Source: Candidatus Hydrogenedentota bacterium
GTDB taxonomy: Bacteria; Hydrogenedentota; Hydrogenedentia; Hydrogenedentales; SLHB01
Length of the DNA stretch: 64,000 nt
Assembly (NCBI GenBank): GCA_963668025.2
Contig: CAXXTH010000011.1
Span: forward strand, 179,853-243,852
Direction: 5' to 3'
Of this stretch, positions 32,701 to 43,941 are shown piece by piece. The notes below the pieces were generated by a model. The model was given only the letters and a program-made list of their open reading frames with translations, was not told the origin of the DNA and searched no databases. Numbering within the stretch: the stretch's first letter is position 1; each line of letters begins with the position of its first letter. Made by a program: the position numbers and the translations under genes.

Positions 32701-33291
32701 CGCCACTGGGACCGTGTCTGTTCAAAACATGGCCAGTGGCGCACTCATGCAGCTTCAGCATTCCAACCAACACTCACTGCATGTTAAGGACATGCAAAAG
32801 CCCACCTCCAGCGCTTGCTCAAGTGTCAAACCATGCAGAGCTGAATGCTGAATCTGCTGTTAGTATATAAGTTAAATGCACAAAGCGCTTGATTCAGATT
32901 CCGAAAGGTTTGTACGAATCCCCGATTTATAGAGGCTTGCCTATTTGATAAAAACGAGAGGAGAAAGTGCGGGATCATGACCAAGCATGCTTTTTTTGGA
33001 TTAATCGCAGAAGAAGACTTCTTCCGTCCTGGCCCGGCATGAGCCATCCGCGCGCGCCGGGATGGACTCCGCTGGGAAATGGCGGTGCTTCCCATTTTGC
33101 CTCTTCCTCGGAAGCCGTGGGTGACTTAATCTATAAGTCCATAATTTACATCAGGTTGCTCGATGCTGCGGCGCATAGTTTTTTTGCCGCTACAACCGGG
33201 GCTCCTGCTTGTTTCAAATTTACGTTTGTTTGGTCCACGACATCTAATCCATAAAAATGAAATTCAGTCATGTACCAGCATAATCGGTTGC

Positions 33292-35049
33292 TTATTTATC
33301 CGCCGGTGCGAACAACTGTATTTCCTCAATAAAGCGGAATCCATCCTTCAGCGCATCCAGCAGATTCAATCGGACATAGCGTGCGGTTACCGGCTCGAAC
33401 GTCAAATCGAGACAATCGCCAATCGTTCCACCTTGGTGGATCGTGCGCCATTCCCCGTCTTGCTTCACCTCGATGCTGAAGGAAGTAATCCGGTTGTTCC
33501 ACTCCATCAGCCGCGCACGGTTAAACGTCTGCTCCGCGCCCAGATCGATTTCCAGCCAGTCTTGCTTTCCGTGGTATGGCGGTATCCAGCGCGTATCGTA
33601 ATCGTCATCCACCGCACGGCTGGGACCGCTCTCACCTTTCCCGGCCTCTGGCGTGGGGCAATCAGAGGAGGTCACGCTTTTTCCGGCGGCAAGGGAGCCC
33701 GAATGAAAGGCCAGCAATGGGGCTATGCCGTCTGTCGGCTCATCCAGTTCCAGTTTGATCACCGTGTCGATGTCATTGCGCTCGCTGGGCGGCACATTCA
33801 CGGTCCAGCCGGTTTCCGTCTCTTCCATCTTTACCGTTCCACCCGTCAGCACGGAACTGCTGATGAGTTTGCGCCCGATTGACTGAAGCAGTATCGGACT
33901 GTTCCAATCAACGATATGCAGGTAGAGTTTATTCCCGTTCCGCATGCAGGAATTCGGACCCATGATGTACGGCCCCGCCTGGGTTCCAAAGATGCTCTCC
34001 CCGTACAGGTCAAGCCATGCGCCGATCTCGCGAAGCCGCGCCGCGTAAGCTGCATCGATTTCGCCGCCCGGGGTGGGGCCGACATTGAGCAGCAGATTGC
34101 CGCCGCGCCCCGTGCAGCGGACGAGCAATTGTATGCAGTCTTTCAGCGGCAGGATATTGGCATCGGGATGCCAGATCCAAGGCCAGGAAAGGGTGTAACA
34201 GGTCTCCCACATCCGGTCGAGGTTAAAAGGGCCCGCAAAGTTCTCATGCGTGGAATAATCTCCGGGAAGCCCGCCGCGATCATTGAAAATAATATTCGGC
34301 TGAAGTTGGCGTATGAGTTTGAACATGCCTTCGCTGTCCCAGCCTTGGGGCGGCGGCCCTCCATCGAACCAGATGAGATCAACCTTTCCATAATTGCTAC
34401 AGAGTTCCCGCATTTGGCCGTGCAGATAATCGATGTAACGCGCATGGTTGGCCGTGGCGTAATCGGGGTGATGCCAATCGGCAGGGGAATAGTATAAGCC
34501 CAGACGGAAGTTGGCGGCATGGCATGCGTCGGCAAGTTCCTTAGTCAAATCGCGATGTATCGGGGAATTGGTAACCTTATAATCCGTGAGCGCGCTATCG
34601 AACATGCAAAAACCATCGTGATGCTTCGTCGTAAAAACGATGTAGTTCATATGGGCTGCTTTCGCCAGCTCCACCCACGCCTTTGGGTCGTATTTCACGG
34701 GATTGAACTGTTTGTACAGGTTGTCATACACCTCCATCGGTATCGTGCCGGACAGCATCGTCGTATCGGTTCCGCCTCTGGGGCCTTGCCTGGAAAAACT
34801 GATTTCATCGCTGCTCGTGGCGACGGTACAGAGTGGCCCCCAGTGGACAAACAACCCGAACTTAGCATCCCGGAACCACTGGAGATCGGTATGCGCAACC
34901 TGAAGGCCGCTTGCATCGCTTGCAATTGTGCCTGGCTGGGCTTTTTCCGGTACAGGCGGCACCGCAACTGTGCTAGGAACGGCCTCCGCCCAGGCGCATC
35001 CCACTATACATAACACAAGCGCTGCTACACTTAATCGTTGCAATCTCAT
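33292..35049 (-). CDS. Secreted GH29 alpha-L-fucosidase with C-terminal F5/8 type C (CBM32-like) domain
   Basis: Motifs 'WFRDAKFGLFVHWG', 'FNPVKYDP..W', 'TTKHHDGF', 'GLYYS..DW', 'LIWFDG', 'NLLLNVGP'. C-terminal 'AVDDDYDTRW...WLEIDLG...VTARYVRL'. Confidence 0.93.
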   Translation of the reverse strand: MRLQRLSVAALVLCIVGCAWAEAVPSTVAVPPVPEKAQPGTIASDASGLQVAHTDLQWFRDAKFGLFVHWGPLCTVATSSDEISFSRQGPRGGTDTTMLSGTIPMEVYDNLYKQFNPVKYDPKAWVELAKAAHMNYIVFTTKHHDGFCMFDSALTDYKVTNSPIHRDLTKELADACHAANFRLGLYYSPADWHHPDYATANHARYIDYLHGQMRELCSNYGKVDLIWFDGGPPPQGWDSEGMFKLIRQLQPNIIFNDRGGLPGDYSTHENFAGPFNLDRMWETCYTLSWPWIWHPDANILPLKDCIQLLVRCTGRGGNLLLNVGPTPGGEIDAAYAARLREIGAWLDLYGESIFGTQAGPYIMGPNSCMRNGNKLYLHIVDWNSPILLQSIGRKLISSSVLTGGTVKMEETETGWTVNVPPSERNDIDTVIKLELDEPTDGIAPLLAFHSGSLAAGKSVTSSDCPTPEAGKGESGPSRAVDDDYDTRWIPPYHGKQDWLEIDLGAEQTFNRARLMEWNNRITSFSIEVKQDGEWRTIHQGGTIGDCLDLTFEPVTARYVRLNLLDALKDGFRFIEEIQLFAPADK

Positions 35050-35128
35050 GTAGATTTCCCCCTATTATGTATTTGTTTTCTTCATTCCCCTATTTTGCGG
35101 CTGCCACACATGCCGAAAGACCTCTCAT
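35050..35128 (-). promoter_or_regulatory. Conserved 5' leader, copy B
   Basis: Aligns with 32619-32700. Confidence 0.65.
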
Positions 35129-35393
35129 TCACACCGTCGATTGCCACCACGCGGGATTCTCCACTGAACCATTTATCAGCGTACAAGATGCAAACGCATA
35201 ACGCTTGTTTTAAAAGGAGAAAGATTTGTATGATTCACCGATTAGCGCGGAGGCGCAAGGAATGACCGGCGGGGTCGCCGGTCGTCATATGGAATATGGC
35301 GCATCAATACCCTTGCAGGGTCATAAACAAACTTAATGGCTTCTGTAATTCACGTTGGTACCGTGTTTCCAGTACTATTATTTAAAGTGCAGT

Positions 35394-38167
35394 TCACAAT
35401 GGCAGCGTCGCGATGCCGAAATAACCCAGTGGGGCGTAGGCCTGGGACGCACCAAAGCGTATCACGCTGGGAACGCCCATCACTTCCACCAGATCCGTCA
35501 GCTCGCCCGGGCCCGCGAAGGAATAACGTGCGATGGCCCCGTTGCCAATCGTCACATAAGCCGCGTCTTCCGTGGCGCCCACCAGCGAGCCCCATTGCTC
35601 CGTGGCTAAGACACCCTCTCCAAGGGTGATGCCGCCGAAAGCGCCAATGCGGGCAGCATATAGCTTATATCCCTCTTGATACACATCCATGTAAACTCGC
35701 TCTCCGCGAGCAATCACCTGCGCAGCCCCATCGGGTATGTTGATGGAATCCAGGAGTGTGGCGTCTCCCGCGCCGTCCCAACGGGCCGTTCGCAACTGGG
35801 ACGAATAATCCCAAGCCAGCCCCCATTGGTAATCGCGCAAAATCAACAGGCCCGTGTCCGGCTCATACTGCGCCACTTCACCCGGCACATTCACGGATGC
35901 GCCCGCCGTGGCGTTCACAATATCCAGCAGCGCCACATAATGCGCCACGCGTGGCGGCCTGGATGATACGTCGGCGTCCGCACTCACGGAGGTTCCTACA
36001 ATCACCTCCTCACCAGCGGCGTCTACGGAATCGACGCGCTCATAACCGAGGGCGATGGTGCGTTCAAGGGCCAGCGGCGAAAAGCTCACTACTGCTATGC
36101 CTTGTCCGGGCGTTTCCGCGCCGACGGTGGCGTCATATGCATCCGCCATGCAGCGAAGCACCAGCCTGCCGCCCGCGATAAAGGCTTGCTGCTGTTCGTA
36201 ACTCGGATACCAATAAGGATAGTATATCCCGCCATCCAGCGCGGAAGAATCGAGGAGGGGCATCGGATAGCGCCAATAGCCATAATACGGTGACACATCC
36301 ACTTCCAACCGGCCATCGAGCTGGGGCGCGGCCGGGTTCGTGAAATCCACTTTCGCCACGATATAGCTGGCATCAGAATAAACCCCATCACTGATGCGTT
36401 GCGGCCATTCCACACCCACGAGGATCACCGAAGAACCATACGCGAAGGCGCTGCTCAGTTCGCCTACATCCACCTCGATTTCCCCGCTGGCTTTCATGGG
36501 CAGGTCTTTGGCGCGGACCAGGGTGTTTCCCGTCGCATATTGCGTAATCACCTCCACACCCGTCGTGTCGTCAAGTGGTGCGAAATCCGCCACATGCTCC
36601 GCCAGCGCCAGCCGGTTCTCCACGAGAGGCGCATCGAGATCCGACGCATCAATGGCCGCCAGTTCTTCCGCCGTCAAACCAAAATAAAGCTCCTCGTAGG
36701 ACAACGAACGCACCAGTTCGCCTTGAAGGTCCACGTAGCCACGCACATCGAGGCCCTCGGGCGACCAGGTGACAAATTGCAGCCGTTCAAATCCTCCCAC
36801 ATCTTCCGTCCATCCGCTAAACGGCACGGCGAGGACATCGCCATAAATGGCGAACGCTTTCACATCGTTATACGCGCTTGACCAGCTCCAGCCTTCTCCA
36901 AAGCTCACCCGGTCTACAAGAGATGGGGCAGCGACGCTGGCTACATTGAAAAGACTGACGCTCACACGCTGGCCTTCGGTGTTGTCCACGCCCAGCGTGA
37001 TGAGATAATCGCCTTGCGGCTCGATGTACGTGGACCAGCCAGGCACTTCCAACTCACCCTCGACCCTCGGATTATAGGGATCAGAAAGATCCAGTACGAA
37101 GAGGGGATCGGTGATCAAATACGTCACGACATACGCGCGCGCGCCGTCAAAACGCGTGGCGAAAAGCGTGTCGCCACTGGCGCGCTCGAACGGAAGCGTG
37201 GCCATCACGGCTAAGCTGTCCGGATTGGCCAGATTCACCGTAGTGAGATAGGTCTGGCGGCCATCATCCCATTGATTCGATACGACGCGCAGCACATTCC
37301 CGTACGCATCCAGTTTGAAACGGTCCGCCACCACGCCCGGCACATCCACCGCCCCGCGCAGCACCATGGTGCCCTCGGGGTCGCTGATATCCACATATCG
37401 AATCCTGGTATCGTTCGATTGCCAATCAGGGCGACGCGACGAAAATGGCGCTCGAAGTGGCCTGAATGAGATCGCCTGTTTCATTGAAATGGAGCTGGTC
37501 CGCTTGGCGGATATCCGAGGGGTCCGCTATATTCACGCTCGTGACCCAAGAGCCGCCATCGGTCTGTTTTTTTGCCACGGCCGCTGCGGCTACGGGCACA
37601 TCATACCAATACCATTGATATGCCGAAGAGACGGCATACAGCACATGGCCCACCAGCCGGCTATCCACGAGGTCGCCAGGCAAAACAAAATCGGACTCAA
37701 TAATAGGAGCGGCGGGGGAGTCCACATCAACCACATAGAGCCGGGACTCGATATCATAATGGACGGTGTTTCGCGTTTTGGTGTAATTCGCGGCTTGGCT
37801 CACGAGCACATACGCCCGCCCGCCTTCGATATAGAGATCGCGCGGATAACCGTAGGTGGGCGCGTGGGCGAGGATCGATTGCGTATCTAAATTTACAATC
37901 ACAAGCCCCCGGTATTGATTCAATATATATAGAAGATTGCCGTCGCGCCGAATGACATCCGGTTCGACCCACTTCCCGCACTTCAACTTCTTCACCCGAG
38001 TCGGCATCCGCGGCGGGCGAGCCTCCTATATAGTCCAAAAGGGGATTGTTGCGTCCGCCATATAAATCCGCGCTCGTGTATTTACTCGTCTGTTGTATAG
38101 ACGGACATCCGATGAACGCCGCCAATAACAAAGCAAATAGAGGCAGGAATTGATTCATGTTCCGCAT
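35394..38167 (-). CDS. Secreted beta-propeller domain lipoprotein; two apparent +1 frameshifts (near 37968 and 37429)
   Basis: Lipobox-like 'AFIGC'. Motifs 'EPDVIRRDG..LYILNQYRGL', 'SRLVGHVLYAVS', 'LFATRFDGARAYVVTY..TDPLFVLDLSDP..P...GELEVPGWSTYI' are split over three frames at G/C runs. Confidence 0.82.
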
Positions 38168-38204
38168 GATGCGCCCTCCTCTCATGCAAGCACCTGTCGT
38201 GCAT

Positions 38205-38640
38205 CAAGACGTCTCTTTTCTGTTAAGTCCCATTATACCACCATTTAACGGAAAAGAGTTCAGGAAAATCTCCAATCGCCTAAGAATAAAGACATCGTTG
38301 GAGAGATTATGTGGTCTCCATTGGGTATAAATGAAGTGAACAAGATGATACGGCAATAGAGGATTGCAGCAAAGCAGGTCGAAACGGATGTGGCGGTGAC
38401 GAGTTTTCGCGGCGCGGCGGTCTTTGATGCTCTGATGCGCATACTCCTGTCCGGCGGGAAATACGTGGAGAATCTGGCCCATTTGCGCCAAGACAAGGGG
38501 CTTGAACGCCTGTTGGGCCAGAAGTTGATGGCACCGTCCACAGCCCATGATTTCCTGCGCCGCATCTGTTATGGCGGCATGGAGGGCTTGGGCCAAACCC
38601 ATCAGCACATGCTCGCACGCATGGCCAATCAAACTGGAAC
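38205..38640 (+). mobile_element. Truncated IS1380-family transposase remnant
   Basis: 'ILLSGGKYVENLAHLRQDKGLERLLG...APSTAHDFLRR' resembles the IS1380 transposase N-terminus. There is an in-frame stop upstream and no DDE region. Boundaries are approximate. Confidence 0.6.
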
Positions 38641-38866
38641 CAGCCGTCTGCCCAAAGCGTGGAATCGGGGATCTGCCGAGGGAGCAATCCCCGATCCCAA
38701 ACCAGGCGCCTGGAACGGCCTAGCGCTGAGTGATGGCCATGGGCAGTCTGAGTTCCTTATCGCCGCTCGAAGCCCGCGGTATGACCTGGTTGAGTTGGTT
38801 GGATGGCTTGGCGCGATACACCCCTCTTTCGCCAAGCATCCGCGTTCAATCAAGATCCACTCTCTA

Positions 38867-41242
38867 TCACGCATTCTTCTCGAGAAACGCCTTCAGATCG
38901 CCGATCTTCTTTTGCGTTCCAGCCAGATAATCCTGCATTTCCTTTTCCGTCAGCGCCGTGCGCGTGTAGCAAGGCTTCATCTGTAAAAACTCCGACAGAA
39001 GCGTGCAGAATTGTTCCTGGGCCTTGATGTCTTCCTGAATGAGAGCGCGATAGGCTTGTTCCATCGTCGCAGCGTCATGGCCCGCGCTTCGTGCATCTTC
39101 CATATCCACCTGCAAATAGATCGCGCGGGTGATATTGAGCCGCAGGCTGCACATAGCGTTCGAATACGCGATGGGGGCCCAGTTCAGTTCAGCGTATTGC
39201 TTGCAGGTGGGCCTCGGCAATCCTGAGTAGTAATAGACGCCGATGTATTCCTTATCACTCGCGGCCGCCACGGCTTGCTGGGCCCATTCTGACGCTTTGC
39301 CGAGATGGACGTTCATCTCTTGCATATTGGCCAGAAACTCTTTTGGCTTGGCTTGATTTTCCGGTTTGCTTCGGAGTTCGGCCGTTTCCGCCAACCAGAA
39401 CCAACTCGGATTATACGCTTTGGTGATGCCGGGCAGAATCGCGGGGGGCTGCAAGCCGCCAGGTACGCTGAGGCTCAGATACGAATGGCTTCCGCCCAGC
39501 GGATTCGAGCGCCAGCCGTTCCAGACATCCATCGCGGCCCGGACCTCTTCCCATGCTTTATACATCAAGGGGCCTGCTTCCGGCCCGAATTGCTTTACGG
39601 ATAGCGCCGTAAGGAACTTTTCGGGGTCCTGGTCCGGGTTGCACTGGAACTCTTTCATCGTCAATGCATTGATCGAATTATGGGCCGGCGTTGGGCCGGT
39701 GACTTCCACCAGGTTTCGCGCGCCCCAGCCTTTAAACTTCTTGAGGGCGTCGCATGCATGAAAGGGGAACGGGAAACTCTTGGGGATGGATTCGAGGCGG
39801 TTGTACGCGAAATACACGTACGCGAGAGCGCCTCTCTCCTTGGCGGACGCGAAGGTGCTGCGAAAAGCCGCGCAGGGCTCGTCGGTTCCTGGAACCGGAA
39901 CCATGATGTCATGATCGCCGCCGTCCCAGCCCGTCGTGAGAGCGTCGTATCCCTTCGTGTCTCGGAGCAGCTTATCCACGTCGCTCCCAGGCTGGCTCGA
40001 GCCTTCCCAACCGGTATTATTCCCGGAAAAGTGCACATCTCCCCAGAAATTGAATTTAAAATCAGGTCTTGCCTCGTGCGCGACCTCGATCAGCAGAGAG
40101 ACCAGTTTGGCTTGCGTCTGCCAGGGAGTACAGGTGTCCATCGGCGAATCCGTGACGGCTTTCGAGCAACGCGGACACAGGCCGGGGGTGCAGAGCCAGG
40201 AGTTTTGATCCAGGTTGTAGAAGAGGGCGCCTTTTATGTCGCCATATTCCAGGACAAATTTTTTCATCATTTCTTTGTAGTATTCTTGAACGATGGGGCT
40301 GTTGACGCACAATGTTTTCATCATGCCGTTCTCGTCGCCTCCCCAGGGGAGTTTTGCCGCACCAATGGCCTCGGGAGGATATTTTTCGATATCCGCGGCA
40401 TCTTTAGGAATGACCGGCTCGCCGAGAAAGAAATAGTATTCGATGCCGTACTTTTTGCAGAGCGCGGAGATCTTTTTTACTTTCCGCTGGTAGTCGGGCA
40501 GCGGGGGATTTTGAAAGGGAAACACGCTGCTTTGCACCAGATTGTTCAGATTTCCGTTATAGCCGAAAATGTCGTCGACGCTGCAATATTGATTGACGCC
40601 CAGGCGGGAGAGATAGGCCGCATAGGCCTCCTCGAACTCGTCCGTTTTCAGATTTGTGTAGGCGTCCCAATAGTATCCGGGGGCATTCGAGCGTTTTCGG
40701 AAGTAGGGGACCTTCTTGATATCGAGTTCGCCGGATGCTCCGTCTAGGATGAAATCCTCCAAAGCATACTCGCCATACAGCACGCCGCGCGCGTTGGCCC
40801 CAGCGACGGCGAAATCCTTTCCAATGCGCTTGAGATGGAAACCATCGTCCTCCGGAGGAACGCCGCGTATGTCCAGTTCGCCTTTATCGCCATACTCCTT
40901 CAAGGACTTGAGACTGGATTCTTGTCCCAGCAGGAATCGTTTGGCTCCAGATGATTTCAATTCAGAGACGATGGGAATTTCCAGGCCAGCTTTGCCGAGA
41001 AAACGCTTCAACTCCTCGGCGGCCGTGTTCTCGACGATGTCGGGATTGTCCGGGATGACGATCTCGTAGCCATGCCCAACGCCGAGCTTTTTTAGGCCGG
41101 ACTCGATTTGTGCTTTTTCATACGCCTGCGGAGAAATCTGGCCGGCCTCATCAGCCCAGAGAGGCATCCCTATTGCCATGGCCGCCATGGTGGCGGCTAG
41201 AGCCCATCTCCAAGAATCTACACATATCGCCATCGTTGCCAT
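38867..41242 (-). CDS. Secreted putative glycoside hydrolase with a GH20/GH67-like N-terminal domain
   Basis: Signal peptide; 'AAEELKRFL...DDGFHLK....AVAGANARGVLYG.YAL' followed by a probable barrel domain. The family cannot be assigned. Confidence 0.65.
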   Translation of the reverse strand: MATMAICVDSWRWALAATMAAMAIGMPLWADEAGQISPQAYEKAQIESGLKKLGVGHGYEIVIPDNPDIVENTAAEELKRFLGKAGLEIPIVSELKSSGAKRFLLGQESSLKSLKEYGDKGELDIRGVPPEDDGFHLKRIGKDFAVAGANARGVLYGEYALEDFILDGASGELDIKKVPYFRKRSNAPGYYWDAYTNLKTDEFEEAYAAYLSRLGVNQYCSVDDIFGYNGNLNNLVQSSVFPFQNPPLPDYQRKVKKISALCKKYGIEYYFFLGEPVIPKDAADIEKYPPEAIGAAKLPWGGDENGMMKTLCVNSPIVQEYYKEMMKKFVLEYGDIKGALFYNLDQNSWLCTPGLCPRCSKAVTDSPMDTCTPWQTQAKLVSLLIEVAHEARPDFKFNFWGDVHFSGNNTGWEGSSQPGSDVDKLLRDTKGYDALTTGWDGGDHDIMVPVPGTDEPCAAFRSTFASAKERGALAYVYFAYNRLESIPKSFPFPFHACDALKKFKGWGARNLVEVTGPTPAHNSINALTMKEFQCNPDQDPEKFLTALSVKQFGPEAGPLMYKAWEEVRAAMDVWNGWRSNPLGGSHSYLSLSVPGGLQPPAILPGITKAYNPSWFWLAETAELRSKPENQAKPKEFLANMQEMNVHLGKASEWAQQAVAAASDKEYIGVYYYSGLPRPTCKQYAELNWAPIAYSNAMCSLRLNITRAIYLQVDMEDARSAGHDAATMEQAYRALIQEDIKAQEQFCTLLSEFLQMKPCYTRTALTEKEMQDYLAGTQKKIGDLKAFLEKNA

Positions 41243-41603
41243 CTCCTCATCGTTATACCTGTATATCTAAAACCAAAGCCACGCCGCACGCGTACCAGCG
41301 CACTCAGATTAGGGCTTCAGTAAAAAAATATCCTACTTATGATATGAATTAATACTAACTATACTATATATGCATTTTAAAGCAATTTCGTTCATAAGAT
41401 TTCACCCTAATCTTAAAAGCAGAAAAATTCTTGTATCGAACGCGGGGATGCTTGTACGAATCACCGACATGTAAACGCACGGCTTCCGCGAAGCCTTTGA
41501 CGCCTTTTGAACAGCAATCGAAGATAGTAGGCTTGCTGGATGTCAGAAAACGGCGGACTTGTTTGACGGGGTCCTTTCGACAACTGGCAAGGCGTCACAA
41601 AAA

Positions 41604-42542
41604 TCAAACGCGCCTTAGCTCAATCAAAACCACCTCCGGCGGGCAACAAAACCGCACGGGCACTTCGGTTGTTCCTAAACCCGCCGTGGTATAGCCTTGC
41701 ATTGCGCCTTCGCGCCAGACGCCCTTGGAAATGCGCCGGGGCATTTTCGAGTTGTAATGAAGCGCGCCCAGAAAAGGCATCCGGATTTGCCCCCAATGGG
41801 TGTGCCCGCACAAATAAAGATCCACGTTCTGCCTTGATGCTTCCCTTGCCATATCAGGCCCATGCGCAAGCAGGATGCGATATTCTTCCGCCGGAATACC
41901 CTCGAGCGCGGCCTCCAAATCCGCCACATCATAGAAAGTGGGGTCATCCACGCCGCTTATCCAGATGCGGCTTCCGGCCTTCTCGATAGACATGGACTCA
42001 TTGATCAGCATACGGATTCCCATACGCCGGAAAGGTTCGGCGAAAACCGTGGAATCATGATTGCCAAGGATGGCGGCGATGCCATGGCGGGCGCGCACCA
42101 GATGCGCCAGCTCCTCCATATACGAGAATACATGCCCGCATGGGCTGCGGTAGCCCCAGAGGTAATCGCCCGTAATCACACAAAGCTCCGATTCAATGCC
42201 GGATATCAGCCCCGCCGCACAGTCCAGAATTTTTGAACCGGGGGCAAAGTGAAAATCCGACAAATGCAAGATGCGGAATCCATCAAAGGATGCCGGAAGC
42301 CGGGAGCTGCTGAATGATAAGTGGCGGAGAACGGGGCGCAAGGCGTTGCGCGTTCCCCGTTCATATAAGCCCAAACAACGCAATACCTGTTCTATAAAAT
42401 GGTTGCGCCGGGAATGATCACGCGGTGGACGGCGCAATTCGACGCGCAACCGGCTTGCCGTCATCCAGCCTTCAAGCTCCCTTCGGCGCTCCCATAAAGC
42501 TTTCCGCCGCAATGCTATTTCTTGATGGTTTAAAATGCCCAT
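41604..42542 (-). CDS. Calcineurin-like metallophosphoesterase (YkuE-like)
   Basis: Motifs 'HLSDFH', 'ITGDY', 'LGNHD', 'LLAH', 'LCGHTHWGQ'; GGGAG RBS. Confidence 0.92.
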   Translation of the reverse strand: MGILNHQEIALRRKALWERRRELEGWMTASRLRVELRRPPRDHSRRNHFIEQVLRCLGLYERGTRNALRPVLRHLSFSSSRLPASFDGFRILHLSDFHFAPGSKILDCAAGLISGIESELCVITGDYLWGYRSPCGHVFSYMEELAHLVRARHGIAAILGNHDSTVFAEPFRRMGIRMLINESMSIEKAGSRIWISGVDDPTFYDVADLEAALEGIPAEEYRILLAHGPDMAREASRQNVDLYLCGHTHWGQIRMPFLGALHYNSKMPRRISKGVWREGAMQGYTTAGLGTTEVPVRFCCPPEVVLIELRRV

Positions 42543-42599
42543 GCTCCCAATAAAAGGCCGTAATTGATGTACTCGAGGATACTACGGCTTTCCTGCATC

Positions 42600-42610
42600 A
42601 CGTTCAATCT
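42600..42610. other. Bacterium/eukaryote sequence junction
   Basis: Bacterial genes with RBSs lie to the left. To the right a eukaryotic calpain-like ORF stops at 'EVDGD*', and only eukaryote-type genes follow. Confidence 0.85.
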
Positions 42611-43574
42611 CCATCCACTTCGTGAACAATCCAGTCGAAGCGTGACTCCAGCGGCTCAAGGCTCACGACACAGTCTGTCTCAGGGGCCACTTCGGCGCAA
42701 AGAGTGAACTCTGCTGTCTTTTTTGGGGCTACGGTGAAGGGTATGATTGTGTACGGGCAACGGACCGAAGCGTCGCTCAGAGTGACAACAGCGTGCGCCC
42801 TTGACTCCGAGAGCGTGCTTTCCGCAATGATGTCTTCTGGCTTTAGATCAACAATTCTCAGCAGGCCGTTGGAGCGCGCCACAATAAACCCCATCGGGCG
42901 CACAGCGACTGCATCCGCTGGGGTCAGGGAAATGCTCACCTGAGCAGGTCCTGAAAGCCTCAGCGTGAACTGTGGGTTCTTTCTCCAAGAAGCGTAGTGG
43001 ATGTGGCCCCCCCGAGTTCGCACTCGTGAGCGATCCCGTGACTTCACAGCGGTAGGGTCGGTATTTTCTTGCTCCGCTGGCACCTTGTGCAGCACTCTCT
43101 TCCGCAGCTGCCTTCGCGGCAGCGCGGTTGGAGCAAAGCTGCTCTTCGATGCGCGCAATTTCTTCTGGAGAAATTTCGTTGCCGTGCAGGATTACTTCTA
43201 CAATTTGCGTGTTTGACTTGATGAGGTGCATGATCAATTCTACGCAGCTGTCGTGAAGGAGGTTGAAGGCAAGGTTGATGCTGGACACTTTCGGATGGCG
43301 CACGAGTGCCTTGACCAGCTTGGCCACGGATTCATGCTCCAGCATGTTGTTGCGCAGGTCGAGGGAGCGCAGGGAATAGATGTTGCGAGCCATTTCGAGG
43401 ATGGGCTCCAAGCCTTTTGGCCCTACGTAGTTTGTGCTGAGGTCGAACACTTCGCACTCTCGTTGCCTCATTTGCGGCAACAAACGCGTCGCGCATTTCG
43501 TTCACAAACCGCGTGTTGGGCTTGCAGCTGCATCGGCGACAGTAGTAGATGTACAGGTCTTCCAGGGTCGTCAT
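42604..43574 (-). CDS. Eukaryotic LRR + calpain domain III protein, cut at the junction; two apparent +1 frameshifts
   Basis: N-terminus 'Y..YC..C.CKPN'. RNI-like LRRs 'DLSTNYVGPKGL', 'LDLRNNML', 'INLAFNLL'. Calpain III motifs 'NSGG....SWRKNPQF', 'YTIIPFT', 'EFTL'. Confidence 0.78.
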
Positions 43575-43941
43575 TGGTAAGTCTCTCTTTTATTTGTTTG
43601 TTTCAGTGTTTGGACCGTTTCTCTTGCGACCAAGTGGAAGAAGGGACGTGACGCAGTGGGGAAGAGGAGCAAGTCACGTACGATAACCTTCAAATGGAAT
43701 TGAAAGAGAGGAGTTAAGGGCCACAAAGGTAAAAAACCATTTGAAACATAATAAATGTGGTGGAGAATCAAAGGCAAAGAAAGGGGAAAAAATAAACTTG
43801 AGCTTTTTTGTCCTGCCAAATTCGAACACAATTTTCCTCTACGGATGACCAACAGCAGCGATGACCTCATCGGTTGGAGAGGGCGAAACGGCCGTTTTCG
43901 CGCCACCCCCCATATCAACACTCCCGCGACCTTTGGGCGGC

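Noticed and set aside
32800-32895. AGCGCT palindromes as LacI-type operators
   Set aside because: The cores are too short to distinguish from chance, and no LacI gene is in the window.
42598-42606. TGA read as Trp (alternative genetic code) at the calpain 'GD*' site
   Set aside because: Read-through gives no calpain-like sequence, and the other eukaryotic ORFs use TGG for Trp with no in-frame TGA. The junction explains the stop.
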